Shown piece after piece: positions 16,579-25,586 of a DNA stretch of 47,764 bases. Both the position numbers and the translations under genes were made by a program. The DNA comes from a virus: positions 1-47,764 of the IMG/VR virus record IMGVR_UViG_3300049033_000044. One strand, written 5' to 3'. Under the pieces are notes generated by a model that saw only the letters and a list, made by a program, of their open reading frames with translations, did no database searches and was not told the origin of the DNA. The first letter of the stretch is position 1. Each line of letters opens with the position of its first letter.

Positions 16579-17595
16579 ATGACCCAGCTTATTTTGGCGC
16601 GCAAGCCAGACGTGAATCAGTATCCTGTTGACCACATGGGTCGCAGGTTCATCGTCACCAGCCACAGCATCGACGGCACATTCGAATCCTGCCCGCGCCG
16701 CTTCGAGTTTCGCCACATCTATCAGCGACTCCCGTTGACTGAGCCTCGCGGACTCGCAGCTGACGTCGGCACTGCCTTGCATGAAGCGACGCAGGAATGG
16801 ACCAAGGAACGCGACACGACTGCCGCATACATGACTCTGCTCAAGTGGTGGCCGTGGCGTCTCGAATCTCAACGCAAGGAAGCAGGACTCAATGACCATA
16901 AACGTACTCTCGGCAATGCCATCTTGCTTCTTGAGCAGATCCAAGCAGACCCCTTCTGGGACGACTGGGAAGTGGCCCGTCTCCCCAATGGGGAATATGC
17001 CATTGAGTTGGCGTGGCGAATCAACCACGTCAGTCTTGGCAGTTTCCCTCATCCGGTCGACGGTGGACCCGTCTATCTTGCAACTCAAGGCAAGATCGAC
17101 TGGATTCTACGGCATCGCAGGGATCGGAGTCGATTCATGGTCTGCGACCTGAAGACTACTGTGCAGGATGAGCCGGCTCAGCAAGCCAGCTTCCGATTCA
17201 GTGGTCAGGCAGGTCAGTATGGACTCGTCCTTGCTCAGGCCATTAACAGCCCGTGGCGTACCGAAGGCATGGATGTTACCTACTTCATCGCCGAGTTCTC
17301 GGACCATGGGCAGCCCATCACGAATCCGATGGAGCACCACCTTGAGCCAGAAGAAATCTACGAGTCGATCGAAGCCAAGAACGAACGGCTTCAACGCATG
17401 ATTCGCATGGGCAACAGCGGCTTCTGGCCTCGTCGCTCTCATGGGTGTGCATTCTATGGCACGCCTTGCGGATTCCTCGAAATCTGCCCGCGCAGGGATC
17501 CAGAGTATCTGGAGAACTGGTTTACATTCGACCGCGACCTAGAATTCGTGCGTGAATCACGAGTCTATGAGCCGCTCTGGACTCTGGAGGCATGA
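16579..17595 (+). CDS. Cas4/RecB-family PD-(D/E)XK nuclease with Fe-S cysteine cluster (338 aa)
   Basis: N-terminal Cys (FESCPRRFEF); GKIDW...FMVCDLKTT (D...D/ExK); QAGQYGL (QxxxY); C-terminal CAFYGTPCGFLEIC cluster. Confidence 0.7.
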   Translation: MTQLILARKPDVNQYPVDHMGRRFIVTSHSIDGTFESCPRRFEFRHIYQRLPLTEPRGLAADVGTALHEATQEWTKERDTTAAYMTLLKWWPWRLESQRKEAGLNDHKRTLGNAILLLEQIQADPFWDDWEVARLPNGEYAIELAWRINHVSLGSFPHPVDGGPVYLATQGKIDWILRHRRDRSRFMVCDLKTTVQDEPAQQASFRFSGQAGQYGLVLAQAINSPWRTEGMDVTYFIAEFSDHGQPITNPMEHHLEPEEIYESIEAKNERLQRMIRMGNSGFWPRRSHGCAFYGTPCGFLEICPRRDPEYLENWFTFDRDLEFVRESRVYEPLWTLEA

Positions 17596-17873
17596 CAATG
17601 GCAGACCCATTAGTAGAGGCATACGAGCGCGGCCTCGACAAACAGCGCGCAGACGATGAAGAGTTTGCTGCGTCGATTCGTACTGCGATGGATGACCGCA
17701 TGACTCAGTTCGTCAATCTTGATGCGCAAGACAAGCTGCATCACTATACCATGCTGCTTGCTCAGATGGGCGGCATGGGAATCCGATGGCCTAAGTCTTT
17801 GAATGCGTTTGAAGAACTCGCTAGTAAAATGTCAAAGCACATTGTCGATCGAATGATCAGCGGGGGAGGGTGA
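17592..17873 (+). CDS. hypothetical protein (93 aa)
   Basis: ORF track; ATGA coupling with the nuclease gene. Confidence 0.6.
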   Translation: MTMADPLVEAYERGLDKQRADDEEFAASIRTAMDDRMTQFVNLDAQDKLHHYTMLLAQMGGMGIRWPKSLNAFEELASKMSKHIVDRMISGGG

Positions 17874-18007
17874 TGACCTCTTATACCATTGCTAGGGTCT
17901 ACGACGCATCGACTCGTGAGTGGGTCATCGTATATTCGGTCTTCCGGTACTATGCCGGAGGACTCAGCAGAGTCAAACGGTTCTTCGAGCCAACACTGGG
18001 GATTTGA
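17873..18007 (+). CDS. hypothetical small protein (44 aa)
   Basis: Hand-translated: MTSYTIARVYDASTREWVIVYSVFRYYAGGLSRVKRFFEPTLGI. TGATG coupling to the upstream gene, with a GGGGGAGGG RBS. Below the track length cutoff. Confidence 0.45.
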   Translation: MTSYTIARVYDASTREWVIVYSVFRYYAGGLSRVKRFFEPTLGI

Positions 18008-18010
18008 ATC

Positions 18011-18163
18011 ATGAGCAATGAAGTGTTGAGACTCTTTAATTTGTTTTTGCTGGCAATAGTCTGTGCTCTGTTCTTCATTTTGTGGGGCAGTATTCGCTAC
18101 GACGCCAATCAGAACAAGCGTATTGAGAATCTGGAGAGAATCAATGGACTTGCACTGGACTGA
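18011..18163 (+). CDS. small single-pass membrane protein (50 aa)
   Basis: Hand-translated: MSNEVLRLFNLFLLAIVCALFFILWGSIRYDANQNKRIENLERINGLALD. Below the track cutoff. Confidence 0.45.
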   Translation: MSNEVLRLFNLFLLAIVCALFFILWGSIRYDANQNKRIENLERINGLALD

Positions 18164-18260
18164 CTACATCTCATTCGCCGGATGGGCATTGATGTTCATC
18201 TTTTTCGTCATCGATCTCCCGACTCAGCTCGCGAAGATCAAGAATCGCAGGAGAAAATAG
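18144..18260 (+). CDS. small single-pass membrane protein (38 aa)
   Basis: 3' part of track ORF 18063..18260: MDLHWTDYISFAGWALMFIFFVIDLPTQLAKIKNRRRK. GGAGAG 5 nt before ATG 18144. Confidence 0.45.
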   Translation: MDLHWTDYISFAGWALMFIFFVIDLPTQLAKIKNRRRK

Positions 18261-18679
18261 TGGGTGACACTCCAAACATTCTCATGGTCGGCCCGTTCTT
18301 TCCCAAGATTCTTCGGAAGAACGGCGGCGTCATGCCCGATCTGTCACTTGAACAAATGGTTGACTCCTACTGTGCATGGTATGTTGCTCGCAACTGCATG
18401 ATCGCACTCAAGGAGATTCCAGAGCAGGTGACTCTCGAAGGTGATCTCGATATCACCGTCAACCTCAAAGACGTCATGCGCGGTGCATTCATCGCGTATG
18501 GAATCGACCCCGACGTGGGTGACAATCTCAACCGAGTCATGGGACTCATGCCGTTGGTGCGTCGTCAGGCGTTCAATGACAAGCTGTTCTGGGATTCACG
18601 TTTTCAAGCGTTCCTCGACTCGGGTGGGCATGCCTATCGCATCATCACTCGTGATCCGGACAAACTCAACGAGAGCTAG
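18260..18679 (+). CDS. hypothetical protein (139 aa)
   Basis: Track ORF 18182..18679. Start moved to GTG 18260 (AGGAG 6 nt upstream, overlapping the upstream stop); alternative ATG at 18284. Confidence 0.55.
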   Translation: MGDTPNILMVGPFFPKILRKNGGVMPDLSLEQMVDSYCAWYVARNCMIALKEIPEQVTLEGDLDITVNLKDVMRGAFIAYGIDPDVGDNLNRVMGLMPLVRRQAFNDKLFWDSRFQAFLDSGGHAYRIITRDPDKLNES

Positions 18680-18680
18680 T

Positions 18681-18890
18681 ATGCGCAAGGGTAAGTACTC
18701 CAACTTCATCGAGGAGCCCGGACTCTTGGGGACTCTATGGAACATGATCTACGGTCTGTTCCTCTTTATTCTCGTCGGCGGCGGATTCTTTGTCATCATG
18801 TATGCAATCATGATTGGGCTCGCCGTTATCTTTATCTGGGCTGTTGACATGTTCCGTGCCGGAGCTGCCATCGGCTCACCCTATATCTGA
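18681..18890 (+). CDS. small membrane protein (69 aa, two hydrophobic helices)
   Basis: 3' part of track ORF 18441..18890. ATG 18681 lies 1 nt after the upstream stop. Sequence LWNMIYGLFLFILVGGGFFVIMYAIMIGLAVIFIWAV. Confidence 0.6.
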   Translation: MRKGKYSNFIEEPGLLGTLWNMIYGLFLFILVGGGFFVIMYAIMIGLAVIFIWAVDMFRAGAAIGSPYI

Positions 18891-18949
18891 CTCGCTAGCG
18901 CAACGAGACCAGATTCAACATCGCGCAATCAAAAACGAAGGAAACCACA

Positions 18950-19426
18950 ATGACCACAACTGACATCATGGTGTATCTGCACTCGCTCGAACATGGCCAT
19001 ATCAAGATTGGCACCAACAAGATTCCGATCAACGCCATCAACCTCTCGGTCTTTGACGTCAAGCTCACCAACATCGGCGATGCGCACGGCCGAATCATGC
19101 TGACTCTCGATCGTCGTCTTGCCGAGCGGCACGGACTGGTATTGCCGCCAGCTCAGGCCCAGGCTGCTCGCCCGATTCCGCAGCCGACTCCGACGCGGGT
19201 GATTGAACAGCCCAAGGCGGCACCAATGCCATCCACAGATGGGAGCCGTTCTGAACCAAAGCGTGCGATTCCCGACAAGGATTTCGACCTCGAAGCCGAC
19301 CTCAAGGATATCCTGGATTCAGAGCTTGGCGACGACGAACCGTACAAGCGAGTCGAACGCGCAAGTCCAGCTATGCCTCGCACGAGTCTTCTGGCTGCTG
19401 CCGGCATCAAGCGTCCGACTGCCTGA
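18950..19426 (+). CDS. hypothetical protein (158 aa)
   Basis: ORF track; RBS GAAGGAA. Confidence 0.65.
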   Translation: MTTTDIMVYLHSLEHGHIKIGTNKIPINAINLSVFDVKLTNIGDAHGRIMLTLDRRLAERHGLVLPPAQAQAARPIPQPTPTRVIEQPKAAPMPSTDGSRSEPKRAIPDKDFDLEADLKDILDSELGDDEPYKRVERASPAMPRTSLLAAAGIKRPTA

Positions 19427-19455
19427 TCTACAACTTCTAACTTAATGAGGGTAAC

Positions 19456-20493
19456 ATGCCACTCCTGAATCAAGTCCGTGACCAGCAAGCATTCTCTGTG
19501 CATCTGTTGCTTTGCGGACGTAGCAAGACCGGGAAGACCAAATACATAGCTGATATGCTCAAGCTTGGATTCATGGTCTTCTATGTCGACAACGATAACG
19601 GTGCGGCGACTCTCATTCGCGACACCAAAGATTCTCCCGAAGCCATGCAGCGTTGCTACTATGTGCGGACGGAGAATCTTTGGGAGTTCACGCAGACGTT
19701 CTTCGCTCGAATCATCCACCAGTGGAACATGACTCAGGATTGCATCTATGAAAAGGGCAAAGCAAGCCCCGACGATGTGATCATGACAATCAACCGCAAC
19801 AAGATTCCGAGCGGCGTTGTCTTCGTGTTCGACTCGTGGACTTCGCTCTGCATCCAGCTCATCAACAAAGCGTCGGGCGGAGTCGATGCCGAAGCTGCTC
19901 GTCTGGATCAGGATATCTACGGTTCGATGAATCGCAGCGCGAATACTGTGGGCATGAACATTCAGTCATTCCCGCATCATGTCGTTTATCTGGCGCACAC
20001 CGATTATTACGAGCGCCGGGAATCTCCGCCCGGACTCGCTAAAGAGATGGCCAAGCAGGCGAATCAGATCATCAAGGAAAATGTTGAAATCCCTTGGTCT
20101 GTGAGTCGCCCGCATGGCTATTCGATTCCCAAGTTCTTCACCGATATCGGCTATATGGGTATCGACAACATAGGAAATTTCACGCTTGACTTCCGACAGT
20201 CGAAAGATAGAGTAGGCGCTGGATCACCGAGGAAAATCGGCGACCCAACCAAAGACCTTCGATTCGACAATGCTTTCTTTGAAGGCAAAGTGCCTGTCGT
20301 GAGTCAACCATTTGCAGATTGGGTCATTGAAGAACCTGCTTCAGTGATTCTTGCACGACTCGAAGCTGAGGCCGAAGAAAAGCGGCTCAAGGCGGAAGAG
20401 GCTAAGGCAGCTAAGGCAGCAGCGAATCCCGCTCCTGTCGCTGCGGCGAAACCGGGATTGTCGCTCCCCGGTAAGTCACTGCTCGGAAAGTAA
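19456..20493 (+). CDS. P-loop ATPase, Sak4/AAA_24-like recombination ATPase candidate (345 aa)
   Basis: Walker A GRSKTGKT near the N-terminus; Walker B-like VVFVFDSWTSL; Ala/Lys/Glu-rich tail; sits next to an SSB-like gene. The family assignment is inferred. Confidence 0.55.
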   Translation: MPLLNQVRDQQAFSVHLLLCGRSKTGKTKYIADMLKLGFMVFYVDNDNGAATLIRDTKDSPEAMQRCYYVRTENLWEFTQTFFARIIHQWNMTQDCIYEKGKASPDDVIMTINRNKIPSGVVFVFDSWTSLCIQLINKASGGVDAEAARLDQDIYGSMNRSANTVGMNIQSFPHHVVYLAHTDYYERRESPPGLAKEMAKQANQIIKENVEIPWSVSRPHGYSIPKFFTDIGYMGIDNIGNFTLDFRQSKDRVGAGSPRKIGDPTKDLRFDNAFFEGKVPVVSQPFADWVIEEPASVILARLEAEAEEKRLKAEEAKAAKAAANPAPVAAAKPGLSLPGKSLLGK

Positions 20494-20560
20494 AATCTCT
20501 GAGTCGTAGAATGCGACTGATCAAACCACACTCAACTCAAAGTAACGAAGGAACTACCAA

Positions 20561-21154
20561 ATGTCTTCTATCATTCGCCCGAATCTGCTGAGCACTGCTT
20601 CGTTGATGATGTTCCAGAACTTCTCGATGCCTGAAGTCGGCTCCGGCGGACTGAATCTCGCAGAACTCGCGGACATGGATACCGAAGAAGTCAAGGGTAT
20701 CACCACGATTCTCTTCCCGACCGGCATCGTCGCCGCTAAGATCACTGAAGCTCGTCTCGGTCAGACCGAAGTTCGCGAAGGTGAAGTCGACGACAAGGGC
20801 AACCCGAAGATTCCGCAGCCGTTCGTTCAGTTCGGATTCGAAGTCGCGGATTTCCAGCCGGTCGACAAGTCGCTGAACGGTGAAGAATACATCGGCCGCA
20901 AGCTTTCGGAACGTCACACGCTCTGGACTTCTGAACTCAAGGATCGAATCGCTCTCCTCAAGGGCACGTTCGAGAAGTGCGGACTCGATACGTCGGGCAA
21001 GCTCGGCGGACTCGAAGGCGGTGAACCTGGCTGGCTCGATCGCGCTGTCGACGAACTGGTCATGCTGCGTATCTCGCACACCCGTCCTCGGAATCCCGGC
21101 GACGAACCGCGCGCTCGCTACAAGTGGGAAAAGCTGGAAACCAACCAGGAATAA
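20561..21154 (+). CDS. hypothetical protein (197 aa); positional candidate for a single-strand DNA-binding protein (DUF669-like)
   Basis: ORF track; RBS GAAGGAA; very coding-like codon usage; immediately followed by a strong terminator. The function is suggested only by its position after a Sak4-like ATPase. Confidence 0.4.
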   Translation: MSSIIRPNLLSTASLMMFQNFSMPEVGSGGLNLAELADMDTEEVKGITTILFPTGIVAAKITEARLGQTEVREGEVDDKGNPKIPQPFVQFGFEVADFQPVDKSLNGEEYIGRKLSERHTLWTSELKDRIALLKGTFEKCGLDTSGKLGGLEGGEPGWLDRAVDELVMLRISHTRPRNPGDEPRARYKWEKLETNQE

Positions 21155-21172
21155 TCCCAGGCGATTCGGCAG

Positions 21173-21204
21173 GGCGGGGGAGAGGAATCTCTCCCGCCTT
21201 TTTT
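21173..21204 (+). terminator. rho-independent terminator
   Basis: GGCGGGGGAGAG-gaat-CUCUCCCGCC stem (2-nt bulge) followed by a T6 run (21199-21204), 19 nt after the stop at 21152-21154. Confidence 0.75.
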
Positions 21205-21226
21205 GTTTCACGAATGGAGAAGTAAG

Positions 21227-21727
21227 ATGTTTGCGGGAATCAAATCCGTCAACTTCAACGACCTCCACAATCGAGAGACTTTCATGGTGTTTGACTCCAA
21301 GGAAAAGCAGAAAGCCTTGGACTTCCACTATGCTCTCATTGTTGGCAGAGAGAAAGAAAACATTGCGAGGACTCCGTACGTTTGCTACTACGTCGGACTC
21401 ACGCAAGTGGAATTCGCGCGGCTCAGGCTGTGCCCCGACGCTTTGCTCGATGAGTTCTCTTTCATCGGCATTCCCAACGATACGATCGATGTGAGTCACG
21501 ACGTCTACAAAGTCTTCCTGCAAGACAAGCCGATGGCTTGGGTGGGAATCGATCGTCCACAGTACGACCATGATGAGTTTGTTGAGTTCATTCGAATCGT
21601 ACTCGAAATGAAAGAGATGTTGTCATGCAACAAGAAAGACCTGTCCTTCTTATCTTCGAGGATGCCGTTGGAATCACTGAAGGCTACAAGGGAATCCTCC
21701 GACGCATCGCCGGCTCCGCTGGAATGA
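21227..21727 (+). CDS. hypothetical protein (166 aa)
   Basis: Track ORF 21203..21727. ATG 21227 with GGAGA 6 nt upstream. The last ~34 codons overlap the next gene and have poor codon usage (TTA, TCA, AGG). Confidence 0.6.
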   Translation: MFAGIKSVNFNDLHNRETFMVFDSKEKQKALDFHYALIVGREKENIARTPYVCYYVGLTQVEFARLRLCPDALLDEFSFIGIPNDTIDVSHDVYKVFLQDKPMAWVGIDRPQYDHDEFVEFIRIVLEMKEMLSCNKKDLSFLSSRMPLESLKATRESSDASPAPLE

Positions 21728-22449
21728 GTGATGATCGGGTGCGAATCGTGCACCGGTCAATCTACAAGACATTCCAGCGGAAGTCAATTCTCCAATACCT
21801 GCCTCGGAAAACGCAGCCTCGATTCGTCGACAGCTACCAAATGCAGCAGCGTATGAAGGCATGGATTAGCGAGGCGATTCGACAGCACAGAGCCAGTGCC
21901 GTGATCTGCATGGACCCATCTATGCTCTTCATGATGACGGACGATTTAGAGATTGCGAGCCTGGAAAAGTTGCGCGGCGGTGTCTATGTTCTCTTCGGGA
22001 TTCCATGGATCGTCTCGCTGCCGCTGACCGCCTATCACAAGTCGGCCAAGGCCAAAGACGTCGCCAAGCTCAACGAAGGATTCACCGAGAAAGGTGACTT
22101 CGAAGATTTCATGAACGACGAGATGGGGTCTGACGATGATGACGAGGATTCAGAGACTGATAGCGATGACAACGGTGATACTGGCGATTCAGATAGTGAT
22201 TCAACATTTAGCTCCGAGTCAGCAGCACGAGACAAAGAAGAAAACTATCGACCACAATGGTTCGATCCAGTCATCGTGCCCATGGGCCGAGTCACACTAG
22301 AATTCGATTTCGCAAAGGCTGGTATTTTGCTGAATCGACAACATGTATACGAGGTACAGAATGGAAAGAGAGCGGCTGATTTGCTGGGATCCGAAGAGCC
22401 TGCAGGAAGCGTACAACTTCCTGGCCTCATCACCCCTGAAATGCACTGA
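21625..22449 (+). CDS. UDG-fold-like (degenerate family-4 uracil-DNA-glycosylase-like) protein with acidic low-complexity region (274 aa); possible polymerase accessory domain
   Basis: PVLLIFEDAVGITEGYKGILRRIAGSAGMSDDRVRIVHRSIYK resembles the GEAPG...G...L...GL.R..VYITN layout with catalytic residues not conserved. Acidic tract GSDDDDEDSETDSDDNGDTGDSDSDS. GC3-rich codons from 21625 onward. The fold call is tentative. Confidence 0.4.
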   Translation: MQQERPVLLIFEDAVGITEGYKGILRRIAGSAGMSDDRVRIVHRSIYKTFQRKSILQYLPRKTQPRFVDSYQMQQRMKAWISEAIRQHRASAVICMDPSMLFMMTDDLEIASLEKLRGGVYVLFGIPWIVSLPLTAYHKSAKAKDVAKLNEGFTEKGDFEDFMNDEMGSDDDDEDSETDSDDNGDTGDSDSDSTFSSESAARDKEENYRPQWFDPVIVPMGRVTLEFDFAKAGILLNRQHVYEVQNGKRAADLLGSEEPAGSVQLPGLITPEMH

Positions 22450-24556
22450 CATCGAGACGATTCCCCACAAGAAGTTGACGAAGAAGCAACAACGATCATT
22501 CTTCGATCGCATGGGATTCGACCCGAACTCCGGCTTCGCGCAGAAAATGCCGTGGCGGATGACAGTGGTTTCATACAGCGGATACTCTCCTGATTCCAAA
22601 CGAATCCATTCTTACTTGCTGCCGTTTGTGACAGCCAAGGATAGATTCGCTGAGGTGCCTCTGCACTTCGACGAGATTTTCAAAACCGCAGTCGCGATCA
22701 ACGATCTGCCGAATCCAACCACTCTCCAGAACGGAGTCTACGATGCGTCGTGGTTTCTCTGGATGAACATGCCGTTGCGCAACTATGCTTACGACAGCAT
22801 GACTCTTTGGTGGTCTGTGTATCCGGATCTCCCACGCCGACTCGACTATATCTCTTCGGTTCTGCTCACCGACTACGTGTACTGGAAAGCGAATCGAAAA
22901 GCAGAAGACTTCATGGACTATTGCAACTATGCGATGGACGACACGGAGTCAACTCTGCGCAACACAGTCAAGCTGATTGAAATGGCTTGTAACGATGATC
23001 GAATCATGCGCAATTTCTACCATGCGCACCTTCGTTGCTTAGCCAGCCTCGAAATGTCGGCCGCCGGGATGGCTGTTGACGAATCCGTGATGGATGAAAT
23101 CAGGAAGACTCTCGATGCCAAAGCAATCAAAGCGCTCGAACGCCTCAGATACGTCGTGGCAGACCCTAACTTCAATCCTAACTCTGCCCCGCAGAAGAAG
23201 GATCTTATCTATTCGATTCTTAACGCGAAACCCCGAGGACCTAAGGGTAAATTCGTCAAGCGAATCGAGGACGCTTCCACCGGAGCTATCGCCCTTCGCG
23301 CAATGCGTTCTGACCACCCGGTCTTTCGACGAGTCATTGATGCTACGCTCGACGCTATCGCACCTGCCAAGCAAATCTCCAATGTTGTGGGACTCGCGCG
23401 ATTTCCTGGTGGATCAACGGGCTCTCGATTCGTCACCACTTATGACGGCGTCGCAACGACAACTTCTCGACTCGGTTCTCGCGGTAACGCACTTGGATTT
23501 GGTGGTAACGCTCAGAATATCCGCAAGGATTACCGTCGATTCGCACGCGCGGACGTTGGCCATTTCCTGCTTGAAATCGACTTGTCCGCCAGTGACGATG
23601 TGTTTGTTGCATTCGAGTCAGCCGAGCCAAAGAAAATTGAGTTGGTGCGAAGCGGCAAAGATGCCCATGCTACCAATGCTCTGATCTTCTTCCCGAACTG
23701 GACCTACGATGGAATCGTGGCTGGGAAGAAAGCCAAAGATGATCGAGTCGTGCACCCGATTACGGGCGTTCGTCAGATCACCAAGAAAGTTGTGCACGGG
23801 ACTCACTATCTTATGGCTGGCTTGACTCTGCTTATGAGTGCCGGTCGCGAAGCTATTGTGGCCGCAGCCAAGGAACTGGGGTATGAAGATGCTAACTCGT
23901 GGACTCAGGAAAAACTCGTGGCTTTTTGCGACCAGCTTTCTCACAAGTTCCGACTACATTACCCAAGATTCCAGTTGGAGCATGACTCCCCAGACTCTTG
24001 GTATCGTGAGCTTCGTCGAGAAGTTGTTACCACGGGAGGATTCACTACCCCATTTGAGTTCTTCCAGCGATTCTCCAGCGACCCAAGGGATGATGCTACG
24101 CTCCGTGCTGTGGCGGCAACTGCTGGGCAAGCCGGCACTGCCGGTCGAATCAACATGGTCATGGAAGAACTGTTCCACGGATACATCCCGCCTCGATTCA
24201 GAGACGGTCCAAACCCTCATCGAGATGCTCGACCACTCACGGTTGGTCCTAGTCTCAACGGAGTTTCTACTCGACTACAAACGCATGACTCACTCACTTT
24301 TGACGTCAACCCAATGCATCCCAAGTGGCTGCAGGGAGTCAGAGATGTTTTCGAAGTCTTTTCCCGACCGGTGGTTATCAAGGGAGAGACGGTGGTTGTT
24401 GGAATCGAAGCTGACGTCAGCATTTGGTGGGCCGGTAAAGAGACCTACGGGATTCACTGTGCCGAAGATCTCCTGAAACCTATCAAGGACGATCCAGACG
24501 GATTCAACTGGCTACAAAAAATGTCAATTGATTACGTCCAGCCCGAGCTTGCTTGA
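22361..24556 (+). CDS. family A DNA polymerase with 3'-5' exonuclease domain (731 aa)
   Basis: ExoI-like LKCTDIETIP; motif A-like EIDLSASDD; motif B-like RQITKKVVHGTHYLMAG; motif C-like LQTHDSLTF. Start set at ATG 22361 (GAGG 6 nt upstream); the track start is 22343. Confidence 0.85.
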   Translation: MERERLICWDPKSLQEAYNFLASSPLKCTDIETIPHKKLTKKQQRSFFDRMGFDPNSGFAQKMPWRMTVVSYSGYSPDSKRIHSYLLPFVTAKDRFAEVPLHFDEIFKTAVAINDLPNPTTLQNGVYDASWFLWMNMPLRNYAYDSMTLWWSVYPDLPRRLDYISSVLLTDYVYWKANRKAEDFMDYCNYAMDDTESTLRNTVKLIEMACNDDRIMRNFYHAHLRCLASLEMSAAGMAVDESVMDEIRKTLDAKAIKALERLRYVVADPNFNPNSAPQKKDLIYSILNAKPRGPKGKFVKRIEDASTGAIALRAMRSDHPVFRRVIDATLDAIAPAKQISNVVGLARFPGGSTGSRFVTTYDGVATTTSRLGSRGNALGFGGNAQNIRKDYRRFARADVGHFLLEIDLSASDDVFVAFESAEPKKIELVRSGKDAHATNALIFFPNWTYDGIVAGKKAKDDRVVHPITGVRQITKKVVHGTHYLMAGLTLLMSAGREAIVAAAKELGYEDANSWTQEKLVAFCDQLSHKFRLHYPRFQLEHDSPDSWYRELRREVVTTGGFTTPFEFFQRFSSDPRDDATLRAVAATAGQAGTAGRINMVMEELFHGYIPPRFRDGPNPHRDARPLTVGPSLNGVSTRLQTHDSLTFDVNPMHPKWLQGVRDVFEVFSRPVVIKGETVVVGIEADVSIWWAGKETYGIHCAEDLLKPIKDDPDGFNWLQKMSIDYVQPELA

Positions 24557-24625
24557 AATTTCTTTCTGCGCTAGGTTCATAATCGTGATCCACCGCCACA
24601 TGCAATCAACAGAAAGGAACGATTC

Positions 24626-24853
24626 ATGGCCAAGGTTAACAGCAAGATGGCAGTCCTTGTTAAGGGACTCGAGAATCCGATCAACTTCGCCGGCGCGGCC
24701 AATGACAAGGCCCGTGTCCGACTCCTCCGCGACATGATCTCCAACGAGGAAATGAACCAGAGCGAGGTGCGATTCTATCTCGACAAAATGCAGCCGGAAT
24801 GCCGCGCGTCTCTGTACGTGATGCTGACGGCTTTGGAAGCAGCAGTTACCTGA
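24626..24853 (+). CDS. hypothetical protein (75 aa)
   Basis: ORF track; RBS AAAGGAA. Confidence 0.6.
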   Translation: MAKVNSKMAVLVKGLENPINFAGAANDKARVRLLRDMISNEEMNQSEVRFYLDKMQPECRASLYVMLTALEAAVT

Positions 24854-24880
24854 TTCGATTTCTGGCGACGTCGAATCAGG
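24849..24880 (+). promoter_or_regulatory. perfect 10-bp stem / 12-nt loop at the stop codon of gene 24626..24853
   Basis: CCTGATTCGA (24849-24858) pairs with TCGAATCAGG (24871-24880). There is no downstream T-run, so it is not a canonical terminator. Confidence 0.4.
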
Positions 24881-25011
24881 AATCAGGTTGGCTGGCACGA
24901 GTATCGGAGGGAGGCTTCTCACCCTTCTAAAGCGTGCAGGGTTTCTGGTTTACCCTCGGGCAGATGATTCCCAATCTGATCAACGCATCAACAAGTAGAA
25001 GGGACTTGACG

Positions 25012-25584
25012 ATGACAAAGATTCGCATACTCACGCTGAACGGACCTCTCGGCTCCGGAAAGACGTGGATCAAGAAGCAACTTGCTAGTACGCTGGCGAG
25101 TCACAGCATCAAGATGGCTTCCGCTAGCTGGCAGGACCCACTGCGTCGAGCATGTTACGCGTTGCTCAATGTGTCGGAATCAGTCGACTACGACACTTTC
25201 AAGGTTACGGACTATTTCGGCCGCACCGGACGTCAATGGATGATTGCTATGAGCGAAGACTTCGCCAAGCAATTTGATCCGCTGTTCTTCTCTCGAGTCT
25301 TGGCAGATACTCTCCGCAGCAGTCCTCTACCACATTACGGTCGGCACCTATTCATTGCCGATTCAAACGGCTTTGATACTGAGCTTTCTTTTCTGCGAGC
25401 GCAGACCGATATCGAAGTCTTAGCCGGCTGCATTTGTCCGCCTGACTCACCGCCTCCCGGTGAACGTTGGCGCCCAGACGACAGTCGACTCAATCTTTCG
25501 CACATGTGTGCTCAAGTCGCACCAACTTCGGGAGAGTTGCTTCCGAAGCTCATGAAATCATTGCAAATACGGGGATGGATTTAA
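25012..25584 (+). CDS. P-loop kinase-like protein, dNMP-kinase-like candidate (190 aa)
   Basis: N-terminal Walker A LNGPLGSGKTW and small size. Start moved to ATG 25012 (GAAGGGA upstream) from track start 24934. The substrate is unknown. Confidence 0.45.
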   Translation: MTKIRILTLNGPLGSGKTWIKKQLASTLASHSIKMASASWQDPLRRACYALLNVSESVDYDTFKVTDYFGRTGRQWMIAMSEDFAKQFDPLFFSRVLADTLRSSPLPHYGRHLFIADSNGFDTELSFLRAQTDIEVLAGCICPPDSPPPGERWRPDDSRLNLSHMCAQVAPTSGELLPKLMKSLQIRGWI

Positions 25585-25586
25585 CC

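Noticed and set aside
24553-24590. Promoter-like TTGAAA ... CATAAT downstream of the polymerase gene
   Set aside because: The spacer would be 19 nt (or a poor TCATAA -10 at 18 nt). It is too weak to call without transcript data.
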